A stretch of 64,000 nucleotides of DNA, from contig NC_133620.1 of NCBI RefSeq assembly GCF_048593235.1, positions 5,581,123 to 5,645,122 of the forward strand, given 5' to 3'. This DNA comes from Sminthopsis crassicaudata. Taxonomy: Eukaryota. Shown one piece after another: positions 13,034-24,448 of the stretch (its first letter is position 1; each line of letters begins with the position of its first letter). Both the position numbers and the translations under genes were made by a program. Below the pieces are notes generated by a model, which was not told the DNA's origin, did no database searches, and saw only the letters and a list, made by a program, of their open reading frames with translations.

Positions 13034-13401
13034 ATAAGACATAATTTAGAAAATAAGTGATTGCTAAATACTCAGGTAGGATTGTAGTCTCATTCATTTG
13101 AATATTCTGCCCAACAGCTCTGGTCCCTGGGTGTTTTTGCCTGACTGTACATCCTTTGGGGCTCTTGAGACTCTATGAAGCCTTTAGGGCAGGGCCTGGC
13201 TGAAACTTGTCATTACTAATTGAATGTTTATTTTCAGTTCCATATTTTCTCCCTCTCTTTAGTCCCTCCCTCACCATTGAGAAAACGGGAAATACAATAC
13301 CCATTATACATGTGAACTCAAGCAAAACATTTTCGTATTAGCCATGTTTGAAAAATAAGAAATGAAGGGAGAAATTATACTTAAATCTGAACTCCATCAG
13401 T

Positions 13402-14194
13402 TTTTTTTTTTAAGATAGCTTTTTGTTTTTCAAAATACATGCAAATATAACTTTCTGCATTCACCCTTGCAAAACATTGTGTTTGAAAGTTTTCTCCCTC
13501 CTTTCCCCCATTCTCCCCACCCCTGATAACAAGTAATCCAATATAAGTTAAAACATGCAGTTTTTCTAAACATATTTCTACGTTTAACATGCTGCCCAAG
13601 AAAAATCAGATCAAAAGAAAAGGGAAAAACCAAGCAAACAAACAAAAAAAAAAAAGTTGAAAATAAATATGTTGTGATCCCACATTCAGTCCCCATAGCC
13701 CTCTCTGGATGCAGATAGCTTAATTGGCTTAAATCCTCCCATTTTTTTGAAAACAGCCAAGTTCATTAGAGTAAATCATCACAATCTTGTTGCTGTGTAA
13801 GTTCTCTTGGTTCTGTTGACTTAGCATCAGTTCATGGTAAGTCTCTCCAGGCCTCTCTGAAATCATCCTGCTCATCGTTTCTTATAGAATGATTTTCCAC
13901 GACATTCATATCCCATACCTTTATTCAGTCATTCTCCAACTGAAGGCCAACCACTCAATTTCCAGTTCTTTGCTATGAACTTTTTTTTTTTGGCACATGT
14001 GGGTCCCTTTCCCTCCTTTAAAATCTCTTTGGGATATAAGCCCAGTAGTAACATTGCTGGACCAAAGGGCATGCGCAGTTTGCTATCTCTTTGACATAGT
14101 TCCAAATTGCTCTACAGAATGGTTGGATCAATTTACAACTCTACCAACAATGTATTAGTGTCCCAATTTTCCTCCTGACATTTATCATCTTTTC
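13402..14194 (-). mobile_element. Younger L1 3' end nested in an older L1 3'UTR (older pieces ~13225-13400 and ~14200-14500)
   Basis: Poly-T tail at 13401. TSD CCATCAGT at 13394-13401 and 14195-14202. The older L1 sequence resumes colinearly after the insert. Confidence 0.85.
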
Positions 14195-15959
14195 CCATCA
14201 GTGAATAGTTGATCTTGAGGTAAATAACATTTTATATCATGAGTCCTTTGGAGTTGTGCTGAATCATTGTATTGATCAAAGTTCACACCTAACTTTCATG
14301 GTTGATTGTTTTTACATTATTGCTATTAGTGAATAGATTGTTCTAGTTCTCACTACACTTTGTATCATTTTGTTTAGGTCTTCCCAGATTTCTTTGAAAC
14401 CATCCCCTTCATTTCTTACAGCAAAATAGTATCATGTTACTATACCATAATTAGTTTAGCATTCCCTAATTGATGGGTTTCCCTTCAGTTTCCATTAGTA
14501 ATTGAATGTTAAGCCTCTAGAGGTACCCTAGATGTCCTCTATCCTAATCTTTGATTTTCTATAGGAGCAACTGAATCCCAGAGAGGTTGATGACTTACCT
14601 AGTTACTCAGCCAGCTATATTCATTGAGCCAAGAGGAAAAGCTATTCATTGATCCAAGATGAAAATTCAGTTCTTCTGATGTCCTCGTCTGTATTCTTTC
14701 CATGGTGTCACTGAATTGGTTGCATCAAATCATAGTACATATGAAATGAAGGTATTCTATTATTCTCAGTTTGTTTCCCTGTTTCTTAGGGGTATAGTGG
14801 GGGAGAATTTAACCAAAAAATCTTTATAGTGATTCAGAAGCAAATGTTGATTTTTCATATAACATTAATAATCCTTAATTGTGAACATCTTATTTTAATT
14901 CTAAATCTTTCTTTTAGAGAAAGATTATTAAGAGATGAATCTTAATTTTTCTTCTTTCCCATAAAAACAAACATAATGGGTCTGAAAGTATCTAAAATTA
15001 CATTCAAATAAAGTTTTTCCCCCCTGAAATAGGACTCTTCTCTGTTTTGACATTATATTTATAGTAGTGATCTCTTTGGAATTTGCCTCCTGGTTTCATT
15101 TGCTCTTGTCTGTCACTTCATCAAATCCTATTCTAATTTCTTTCTTTCTTTTTTTTTTTTTTTCCTACACATTTGGAGGAGTTATTCAAAGTTTTTAAAA
15201 ATATTTTGCTTGAAATTTTATTTTTAGGTAAGTTAAAACATTTGAAATACCTGTACCATAGGTCTTAGTGATCTCTAGTCCAGGCCTCATTTCTTGCCAG
15301 AATCTTATTAATGCTATATCTTAGTATAGAAAATAATTATTTTAAAATAATAGTATAGAACTTAATTCTTTGAGTACATCTGTTACATGAGATACTATGC
15401 TAGGTGCTGTAAGAAAGTATATGCAAAAGTGGTTTAAGAAATATTTTCTCTTCAAGGGAAAGAGAGGGAAAGACAATTATAAAGTAAACAAAGGCAAAAA
15501 AAAAATTAAGTGTTCTGAGAATTAAGAACTGTGGAGATGGATTTGGATTGTTGCTGTGAAACATGGGGCTAGACAAGATTGTGTTTCGAGGCAGAAAACC
15601 GTTTGGACCATAGTGTGGAAACAGGAGGGTGGGGGGGGCGTGCTCAAAGAAAAGTGAGCGATCTTAGTTGTCCAAAATTCAAGATGGAATGTGCCCCCAG
15701 AAATGTGCTTCTGGATAGCTTGGTGATGGGACCCTGTTTAGCCGAGGCATCTCTGGGTTTGCTTCATTCAGCCAGTGGGACCTGAAAGGAGTGTACTCCT
15801 GAAGAGCACATGACTTCTTACCAAGACCTCCTGCTGGTTTCCCATCATTGTCAGAGAAGTTGCTGATATTGCTGCTTCTTAGAAGGCTTTTGTTGTGGAG
15901 TCATTTTCCAGTTGTGTCCCCATACAGGAGGGGTTGGCCCTTTCCTTCTCCAGATCATT

Positions 15960-16190
15960 TTGCTGATGAGGAAACTGAGTCAGGGAGGGGGAAGTGACTG
16001 GCCCAGGTCACCCAGCTAAGAAGTGTCTGTGGCCGAATTTTCAGTTTTATTAACTATGAATGACCTTTTGAAAATTCTTATCATTACTGTGTGACCATGG
16101 ATAGGTCATTTAACTTTTCTCAGCCCCAGTTTCCTCTTGGAGGAAATGGAGATGAGAATAGTACATCTCACAGATTTCTGTGGTGCTAAG
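15960..16190. mobile_element. Two adjacent MIR fragments in opposite orientation
   Basis: 'gatgaggaaactgag...cccaggtcacccagct' (minus MIR) is followed by 'tgtgtgaccatggataggtcatttaac...cagtttcctc' (plus MIR). Confidence 0.7.
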
Positions 16191-17495
16191 TGCCAGGTAA
16201 AAGTTTTTATTTCAGTTTCATTGTGACTAAAAACAAGAATGATTGTCTCCTCTCTTAAATTTTATTTAAAGGAGTTAATTGAGGAAACATTCCAGAAGTG
16301 GGTCGATTCTTAGCAACACTGGAATAAATAATGGCCATCTCCCAGGGGCAGGTTCTGGCTCTTGATTTGTAGTCCTTATCTAACCATTCATTGGCCTCTC
16401 TGTTTCCTTCTCTGGTTTCTTAGTCTTCTGATTGCAGGAATTGTAGTTTTGTCAGTGACACTGCCTTCACTTGAGGCCCATTGTGAGCCCTCTCTGAAAT
16501 TCCACAGATGGTCTTTGAGAATTTCCGAGCTTGCTGACCACCACAGCTAATGCTTATGTTGTGTCTCCAATGGGCCACTGCTGGGTTAATAAGTGCTTGA
16601 CAAATAGATTTCATTCAGTTTTCCCAAGGAGGTAGGAGATATTAGGATCCCCATTTTATGATGGGGAAAACTGAGGCAGACAAAAGGGGGATGACTTGTG
16701 GTCATTCAGCTAATACTTCTCTGAGGCTAGATTCAAACTCGGGTCATCTGGACTTCAGATGCCAAGATCCAGCTACTGTGTGTCTCCAGCTGTTAAAGAA
16801 ACATTTTGAAGTTAACTAGGATGGTTCATGGGCAGCAAACATATTAAAGCTTTGCAGTTTGGAGGCACCTTAGGCATAGCCTTTGAGCATCTAGAAGTCA
16901 TCTGGTATTGTGACTTTAACCTTCAACGCTTATTGCCCCTCATTTTGTGTGTGTCTGTCCTCTCTCAGATCATAAGCCCTTAAGAACTTGCCCTATAGTC
17001 TGTGTCATAGGCTTCCTTCCACTTTGCCCATAGGCTTTTGCACATAGTAGACCCTCAGAAGTTTAAAAAAAATTTTCCATAATATGGATTAGATATTATA
17101 GCTAATTTTTCAGATAGTCAGACCCTAAAGTATAACAGATTATTCTGAATCTAAATATCCCAGATAACTTGATAATTTATTCTGTGTTTAAAAAAATTAA
17201 ACATCTTAATAGTGATAACAATGGTCCCAAGTGGAAAAATAACTGGCCATTTTAGTGTCAGGACTTAATAAATACTAGTTGAACTGAACAGTTATATTGA
17301 GGCTACTTATTAAAGTGAGCAGCATTTGAATGTTGTCTCTAAAGAACATTGAAGAGCCACATTCTTGACTGTAAATGATGGGACTCAGAGATCATAATGA
17401 ATTGTTTATTCAGAAGTTTTGTTGATGTAATTGGCCAGTTGATTTTTTGATAGACTTATGCCATTCTGTACATTGTCTATTGCAAAGTGTTGCTT

Positions 17496-17774
17496 CAGAA
17501 TGAAAGCTAATCATTCAAATTCAAGAGAAAACACTTGAAAAAATTTTAAAAACCAGGGGGGAACTGCCCAAAAAATTATGCTGAGCTAAGCAGTATATTT
17601 ATACCTCAACTCAAAAGATCTCCATCATTCAGAGGCAGAATGAAAGCTAATCATTCAAATTCAAGAGAAAACACTTGAAATTTTTTAAAAACCAGTGGGG
17701 AACTGCCCAAAAAATTATGCTGAGCTAAGCAGTATATTTATACTTCAACTCAAAAAGTCTGCATCGTTCAGAGG
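17496..17774. repeat. Tandem duplication, 2 x ~140 bp
   Basis: The unit 'cagaatgaaagctaatcattc...cagagg' starts at 17496 and 17636, with few mismatches. Confidence 0.95.
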
Positions 17775-18879
17775 TCAGAGTATGCTTCTCATGGTTGTCT
17801 TGCTAATTTGAGGTAGCCTCTCCCCTTTTCCATTCTTGGTTCTCACTTATGCTTGGACAGTGAAACAGCTGTTTGTACATTTGGGGAGCTCAGTTAGTGG
17901 TGCTTCCTTATTGGGAATCGGGTAATAGACAAGACCTTCATGTAGGCATCCTAGCCCAAATGACTCCTAGTCCTAGCAAGTGATGGGCTGGAGTTGGAAA
18001 AGAAGGGAAAGAAAATGTGATGAGGCAAGGAAAAGGAAATTACTTTTGTCCTCTCTTCCCTAGGTCAGGTTTTACTTAAAACAGAATACAAGATTTTGTA
18101 GGGGTGGGATGGGTATGAATGAAGGCCTCAGAAATCCTTCCCTACTCTGCCTACTCCCCACTGCTCCTTTTACTAATTGTTGGTCCACAGGGGCACCTTT
18201 GGGAATTTCTTTAGAATTCATTGTTTTGTTAGAATAGGCATCTATTTTTGAGCATCATCTGGCTTACTTGAAACCCAACCAGACTGTAATGATCAGCAAG
18301 TGTGTGAATGCTGAAGGATGTAGATTGTGAAGGCCCTGGAAGTTCAGAGGAGAACAGATGAGTGAATGTCAGGGTCTGGTGGCTTAGACTAAGGAGGAGG
18401 TGACTCTTAAATCGTTCGCTGTAGCCCAGACCTCTCTTCTGAGTTGCAGACTCACATTTCCAGCTGATGCCATCGAGTCAACATGTCCAAAGCTAAGATT
18501 ATGTTCTCAGAACCTGCTCATCCTTTGATCTTTCAGGTTTCTGTCAGGGGAGGAGAGGGCTGGTCTGGCAGGAGTCGAGCCTCTTTTTCCTTCAGGTGTG
18601 CAGAGTGCTTGATATCTGTGCATATGCATCCGTGTACATGTTTGCCCATGTCTGAATAAACACTCTTATATACACACATTTACACAAACAAGGGAATTAT
18701 GCATGTGTAAAAACTACTCTCATTAGATCTTCCCCAAAACCTTGTCTGCTAGGTGCCCCAGGCATTGTCCCCATTACAGATGAGGAAACACCCAGTTGGA
18801 GATATGATGACTTGCCATTGGCCACTGTTTCAGATCACTCCTGACTCCATGTCCATGTCTAGTATTTATTCATTGAAGC

Positions 18880-19440
18880 AATCCTCCAAGCATTTATTAA
18901 ATGCATGATATGTGCTGGAAGCTGTGCTAGGTGAAGGAGAGACAAAGTTCAAGTCGCCCCATCTCTGCTTTTGAGGGGTTTACACTCTGTTAAGGAAACG
19001 TGTCTGCATAGAAGTAGATACAAACCACAAAAGTTGATGCTATGTGATTTAGGGGGAGGCCTTAGGGATTGGGGACTAGAAAAGTCTTCATGTGAGAAAT
19101 GGTGCTTGAGCTGAGCTTTGAAGTATATGAGGAAGGGGAGAGGACTTTCCAGGGACATATGTACTGTATTGGATTCGAGGTATTGTGAAGAGTCCCTGGG
19201 AATGATGTGGTCGGCCCTGTGCCTTAGGCACATCGTTGGCAGCCATGTGGAGGGGAGGAGGCAAGGACACCAAGTGGAAGACTTACTGGTCAGGAGAGAG
19301 ATTATGAAGCAGCATGTGAGAGAGAGAAAGAAAAAGAGAAAGATGGATGAGAGAACTGTTTTGGAGATAGGATGGGATGTTAAAGTAGAGGGTAGGGCCG
19401 TGAAGGGTCAGGGAGGGTTCCTAAAGATGCAAATTTGAAT
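18880..19440 (-). mobile_element. L2 3' region
   Basis: 'aagcatttattaaatgcatgatatgtgctggaagctgtgctagg' is the reverse-oriented L2 3' terminus, followed by the usual purine-rich body. Confidence 0.7.
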
Positions 19441-19752
19441 GACTGGTGGGCTGGGAGTGTCCTTAGCAGAAATGGGAACAAATTCTGTTTTGGAATGATG
19501 TCTTTTAAAAACTTACACAACTAAGTAAAATAAATCCAAAAAATGCAGCAGTTTGGAAAATTGGATGATTTATGGCTTAGACTTAAGTGGAACCCCTTAA
19601 CTGCCTGACATTTTGAGTTTTCTTCAGTGAGACAGTTTGCATCCCACTATGTACCTGGTTTGAACCCTTTCTTAAACTGGTCATCAGCTGTTTTCATATT
19701 CTCTTGGGATAATGTGGCTATAGAAGTATGTGGCCCAGCACAGCCATCTTTT

Positions 19753-20417
19753 AAATTTTTAAAAATTTAATAGCTATTTATTTTTAAAATACATGCAAAG
19801 ATAGTTTTTAATATTCATCCCTGCAAAACCTTGTGTTCCAAAGTTTTCTCCCTCCCCTGGATAGCAAATAACCCAATATAGGTTAAATTTGGAATTCTTC
19901 TAAATATATTTCCACATTTATTATGCTGCACCAGAAAAATCATATTGAAAAGAAATGAGGGTGGGGCAGCTAGGTGACGCAGTGGATAGAGCACCAGCCT
20001 TGAATTCGGGAGGACCCGAGTTCAAATCTGGTCTCAGACACTTAACACTTCCTAGCTGTGTGACCCTGGGCAAGTCACTTAACCCCAGCCTCAAAAAAGA
20101 AAAGAAATGAGGGGAAAAAAGCAAATGAAGCACAACAAAGATGAAAATACTTACTGTGATCTACATTCAGTCTCTCTAGTTCTCTCTAGATGCAGATGGC
20201 TCTCTCCATCCCAAATCTATTGGAACTGGCCAGAATTACCTCATAGTTGGAAAGAGCCAAGTGCAAGAGAGTTGAACATCACATAATCTTGTTACTGGCG
20301 AGTATGAGATTCTCTTGGTTCTGCTCCTGCTTGCTTTTGTATTAGTTTATGTGTTTCCTCATGTGTGTTCAGCATCAGCTTGTGCAGGTCTTTCCAGGCC
20401 TCTCTGAAATCACCCAG
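19753..20417 (-). mobile_element. 5'-truncated L1 3' end, itself interrupted by a SINE
   Basis: Marsupial L1 3'UTR sequence. Near-perfect TSD CAGCCATCTTTT (19741-19752) / CAGCTATCTTTT (20418-20429). Confidence 0.85.
19962..20098 (+). mobile_element. Young tRNA-derived marsupial SINE (WSINE1-like)
   Basis: GGGGCAGCTAGGTG head, A and B boxes and an A-rich tail. Perfect 15-bp TSD GAAAAGAAATGAGGG at 19947-19961 and 20099-20113. Confidence 0.93.
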
Positions 20418-23400
20418 CAGCTATCTTTTCTGGCCATATATTTCATCAGCTATGTCCTTGTAGTCTTCCCAGGTCCATACATGTGTCTTTACTTATTGAC
20501 CTTCCAGTACTCCTTGACGATCATCCTGAGCAAGGTCAGTCCCCAATAGATCGGTAGGTCAGCTTTGTAGGGTGTCCATTCAGCTACTTGTGATGTTCGG
20601 GACAAGGGGCATTCTTCCTCCTTGTGCTAAGGCCAGCCTCTCTGAGGACTCAGGAGAGGGTAATGGGACTTGATATTGTGTCTCTCAAGAATCTCCCCAT
20701 CTATAACAAATGCCTCTGTAAACTGGACCTCTTCCTTAAATCTGGTGAAATGACCAATTTTCAAGCCTTCCCAAATATTTATGATCAGAGAGTCACAAGT
20801 GTTTTCTCTAGTCAGATCTTTCAAGGGATTCCACATGAACTGCAACTGTTAGCCTTACAGTGTTTGGAAGGAGGGTTGCAAGTGCTTATCACTGAAATAT
20901 AAGATGATCGAATATCCTGTGAAATGATACCTGCTTAGCTTTTGACTGTAAGAGAGTCAACCCTGCCAATTCCTCTGCTTGTTTCTCCCAAGGAGAACTT
21001 GTGGGCCATCCTCTTACTTACCTGTTCCCTCTTTCTGCACTAGTATTGACTGGTTTTATGATTTCAAGATTGATATTTTTCTCAATCTAATGATTGATCT
21101 TTAACTCACATGATATACAGGGTTAAGGTAGGCCATTTTGTGTCTGTCTTTGCTTGGCCATTCACCTCCACGCGGCCCACCTTAAGCTTGTATATACCTC
21201 CCTGTTCCCAGTTGGATTAGTCCTCAGAAAGCAGACACCTCGAATGTGTGAGCGTTCAGTGCCCCTGTCCTTCGGGCAGAGACTCCGATAGCATTTCCAG
21301 AATGCTACCTAACACATGGCTAACTTATTTGATCCTTAAAACAACCCAGGGTGGTAGGGGCATCTATTATCTCCATTCTACAGGTGGGGAGACTGACTCA
21401 TTTGTGGAAGGAGTCAGACTTGGAGTTCTCCACTTCTTCCTTCTCCACTTTGAACATGGGTAAAGGACTTGAGAAAGGATATTCCCTGGCTGTGTAATCC
21501 TGGGGGGGGGGTCATCTTTTATCTATTCTGAAATGGGGATCATAGTAGCATCTACCTCTCAGGATTGTTGTTGATCCTTCAGCCAGATGAATACTAGCTA
21601 TTTTGTTTTTTAAAATAATTTCACTTGTACTTAGATTTTCTGCAGTATCCCTTCTGTCCTCCAAACTTCTTAACTGTGGATGTCTGTAGGTTCTGCTCTG
21701 GGTCTTCATCTGTTTTCATTCTATATCCTCTTGATATCCCATCTGTGAGTTAGTTATATCCAGATTGGGGCTTTTTCCTGTGTTAGAAACTGAGCCCTGA
21801 ATCACCATGATTGGTTGAAAAATTCCATGTAGATGCTCTGCAGGCATTGCTCCTTATATCTTGGTCCCAAATCCATCTATCCTTCATATTTTTCCTTTTC
21901 TCTTGAGAGTATCATCATTCTACCATGTAGTTACACTGGATTTTTTATTCTTTTTCATCCTTACAAGTTACCAAGTCCTGAAACAGCTTCCTCATTGCTT
22001 GGTACATAAGAAGTGTTTCTAATAAATGCTGGTTGACTGACTGGTCCATCTTTTTTCCTTGCTGCTGCTGTCCTTATTTCATACAGTTGCTAAATTGTTC
22101 CAGAAAAAGAACTGATCATATCCCCCTTTCTCTACATGTAGCAATCTTCCATGAATTATTAGGATCCTTGGCAAAGACCAAAATCCTGAAATTGGAAATT
22201 TAAGCCTATTTGTGATGCTGGATTCTTCCTGCTTTTCCTGCCCTATTTCCTTCTTCCATTCTACTTCTAGTCACACTGGTTTCTGAACTGTTACTTGTAC
22301 TGTTTATTGTTCTTCATCTTCAGCTCACCATCTTGTTTCCATGCTTTTGCACCAGGAACCCCTCATAGCTGGAATTGCCTCCCTCCTCTCCTCTGTATCA
22401 TCCAGGAGCCAGTCTGGCTTTCTACCTCCCCATCCTGTGACTGCCCCTTCTTTGACAATGATTTTTTTTTTTAATCAAGTTTTTAGAACTGCCACCTATG
22501 TGCTAAGGCCCTGGGGATACAAAGAAAGGCCAACTGATTTGTATTTACTTCTCTGGTGTACCCTCCTCACTTCCAGAAAACTATAAACTCTCCTGGAAGG
22601 CAGGAAAGATTTCATCTGTCTTTGCAGTATAGTACCCTGTATGTAGTCTTTGCTTAATGCGAGTTTGATCGAAGCATAGCATCAAGTGGTACACACAACA
22701 TAAATATAAAAGTGTTAGCTCATTTTTGCTCAGGTTTCCTGGAAACAAATGAGTAAGATGCCATTTACAGGAAGAATTTGTACAAGAATAAAATAGTTAT
22801 CATCACTCTCTGAAAGTGCTATGGAACTGCATCCTTGGCAACCACTGAAATATAATATCCAACCCCAGTTGCCAAGTGAAGAACACCTGAACAAGAAGCC
22901 CACCAAGGCCAAGAAGGTATGTGAATTTTCTCTGTGGCCCTTCTGAAAGGGCTATCCCAGCCATCTTATTAGGCACATTCTTTAGATAGGAACCTTGATT
23001 AACTCATGGGTTCATACTTTTTGGTTAGGCCTCTAGGCCTTCCTAAGGCAGCCCTAATCCCCTGGAGCTTCTCTCCTACTCACTGCCCAGGGTTCCCAAA
23101 GTTCTTCAATTCTCATAACCCCTTCATCCATTGCATACCTAATTCTGGATGATCCCTAGTTTATCAAAGGTCTCAGTAAACTTCAGTCAGGGCCCAATAC
23201 TGGAGATTTTTTTTTTTTTTTTTAATTAGGGCAGATACCAAAAGGACTGTCACCTTCCTGTGCTTGGGAGTTGGAACTCTGCCATTGAAGCTTAGACACT
23301 TAAACGACCTATAGGGAAGTTTCAGGTCACTAAGATCCTTTGGTTTTTTTTTTAGTCAAAACTGCTCATTAGCCATTCTTCCCCCAACTTATAGTTGCAA

Positions 23401-23639
23401 ATTGAATTTTTGAAACCTTAGAGTGAGACATTACTTTTATTCCTGTTGAATTTCATCTTATTAGATTCAGCCCAAGAACCCCAATCTCTTTTGCAGCTTC
23501 GTCCCCTCCAAATTGCCATTGAATACTTTTTATTCCTAATGTGTATTATTTCAAAAAAAATTTAAAGAGATAATAACATGAACTGTCTGCTATTTCTTCC
23601 TTTTAAAATAAAAATTGAGCAGTGTCTTTACTGAGTCTG

Positions 23640-24280
23640 TGTCCCCAAGAGATCATAAAAAGGGAAAGGCCACCTCTTTTTGTAGTGGCAGGAAACTGGA
23701 AACTGAGTGGATGTCCATCAGTTGGGAAATGGCTGAATAAGTTATACAAATGTAATGAAATATTATTGTTCCATAAGAAATGATGAACAGGCTGATTTCA
23801 GAAAGGCCTGGAAAGACTTACATGAACTGATGCTAAGTGAAGTGAGCAGAACCAAGAGAACATTGTACACAGCAATAAAAAGGTACTATGATGATCAGCT
23901 GATCATCATGTCAGATGATGGATTTCAGACCAATTCCAATAGACTTGTGGAGAGAGCCATCTGCATCCAGAGAGAAGAGGAGAGGGGGACTGGATATGAA
24001 TCACAACATAGTATTTTCACTTTTGTTGTTGTTTGCTTGTTTTTTTCTTTCTCTTTTTTTCATTTTTGATCTAGTTTTTCTTGCACAGCATTACAAATGG
24101 AAATGTGTTTAAAAGAATTGCAGATGTGTAACCTATATTGGGTTACTTGCTGTCTAAGGGAGGAGGAAATGAAGAGGGAGGGAAGACGATTTGGAGCACA
24201 AGGTTTTGCAGGGGTGAATATTGATAACTGTCTTGACATGTATTTTGGGGAAAAACAAAAACCTATTATAGAAAATAAAA
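23640..24280 (+). mobile_element. L1 ORF2 C-terminus and 3'UTR
   Basis: Encodes MKYYCSIRNDEQADFRKAWKDLHELMLSEVSRTKRTLYT, the typical marsupial L1 ORF2 end, followed by 3'UTR and an A-rich tail. Confidence 0.9.
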
Positions 24281-24283
24281 ATC

Positions 24284-24448
24284 GGGGCAGCTAGGTGGTG
24301 AAGTGGATAGAGCACCAGCCCTGAATTCAGGAGGACCCGAGTTCAAATGTGGTCTCAGACACTTAACACTTCCTAGCTGTGTGACCCTGAGCAAGTCACT
24401 TAATCCCAGCCTCAGAAAAAGGGAGAAAAAAAAAAAAAAAAAGAAAAA
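24284..24448 (+). mobile_element. WSINE1-like SINE inserted at the L1 tail
   Basis: Same head and body as the 19962 copy, with a long poly(A) tail. Confidence 0.9.

Noticed and set aside
19962-20040. tRNA-like A and B boxes as tRNA genes (also 24284, 30829, 53822)
   Set aside because: They are SINE heads with SINE bodies, poly(A) tails and, at 19962 and 53822, TSDs. There is no complete cloverleaf.
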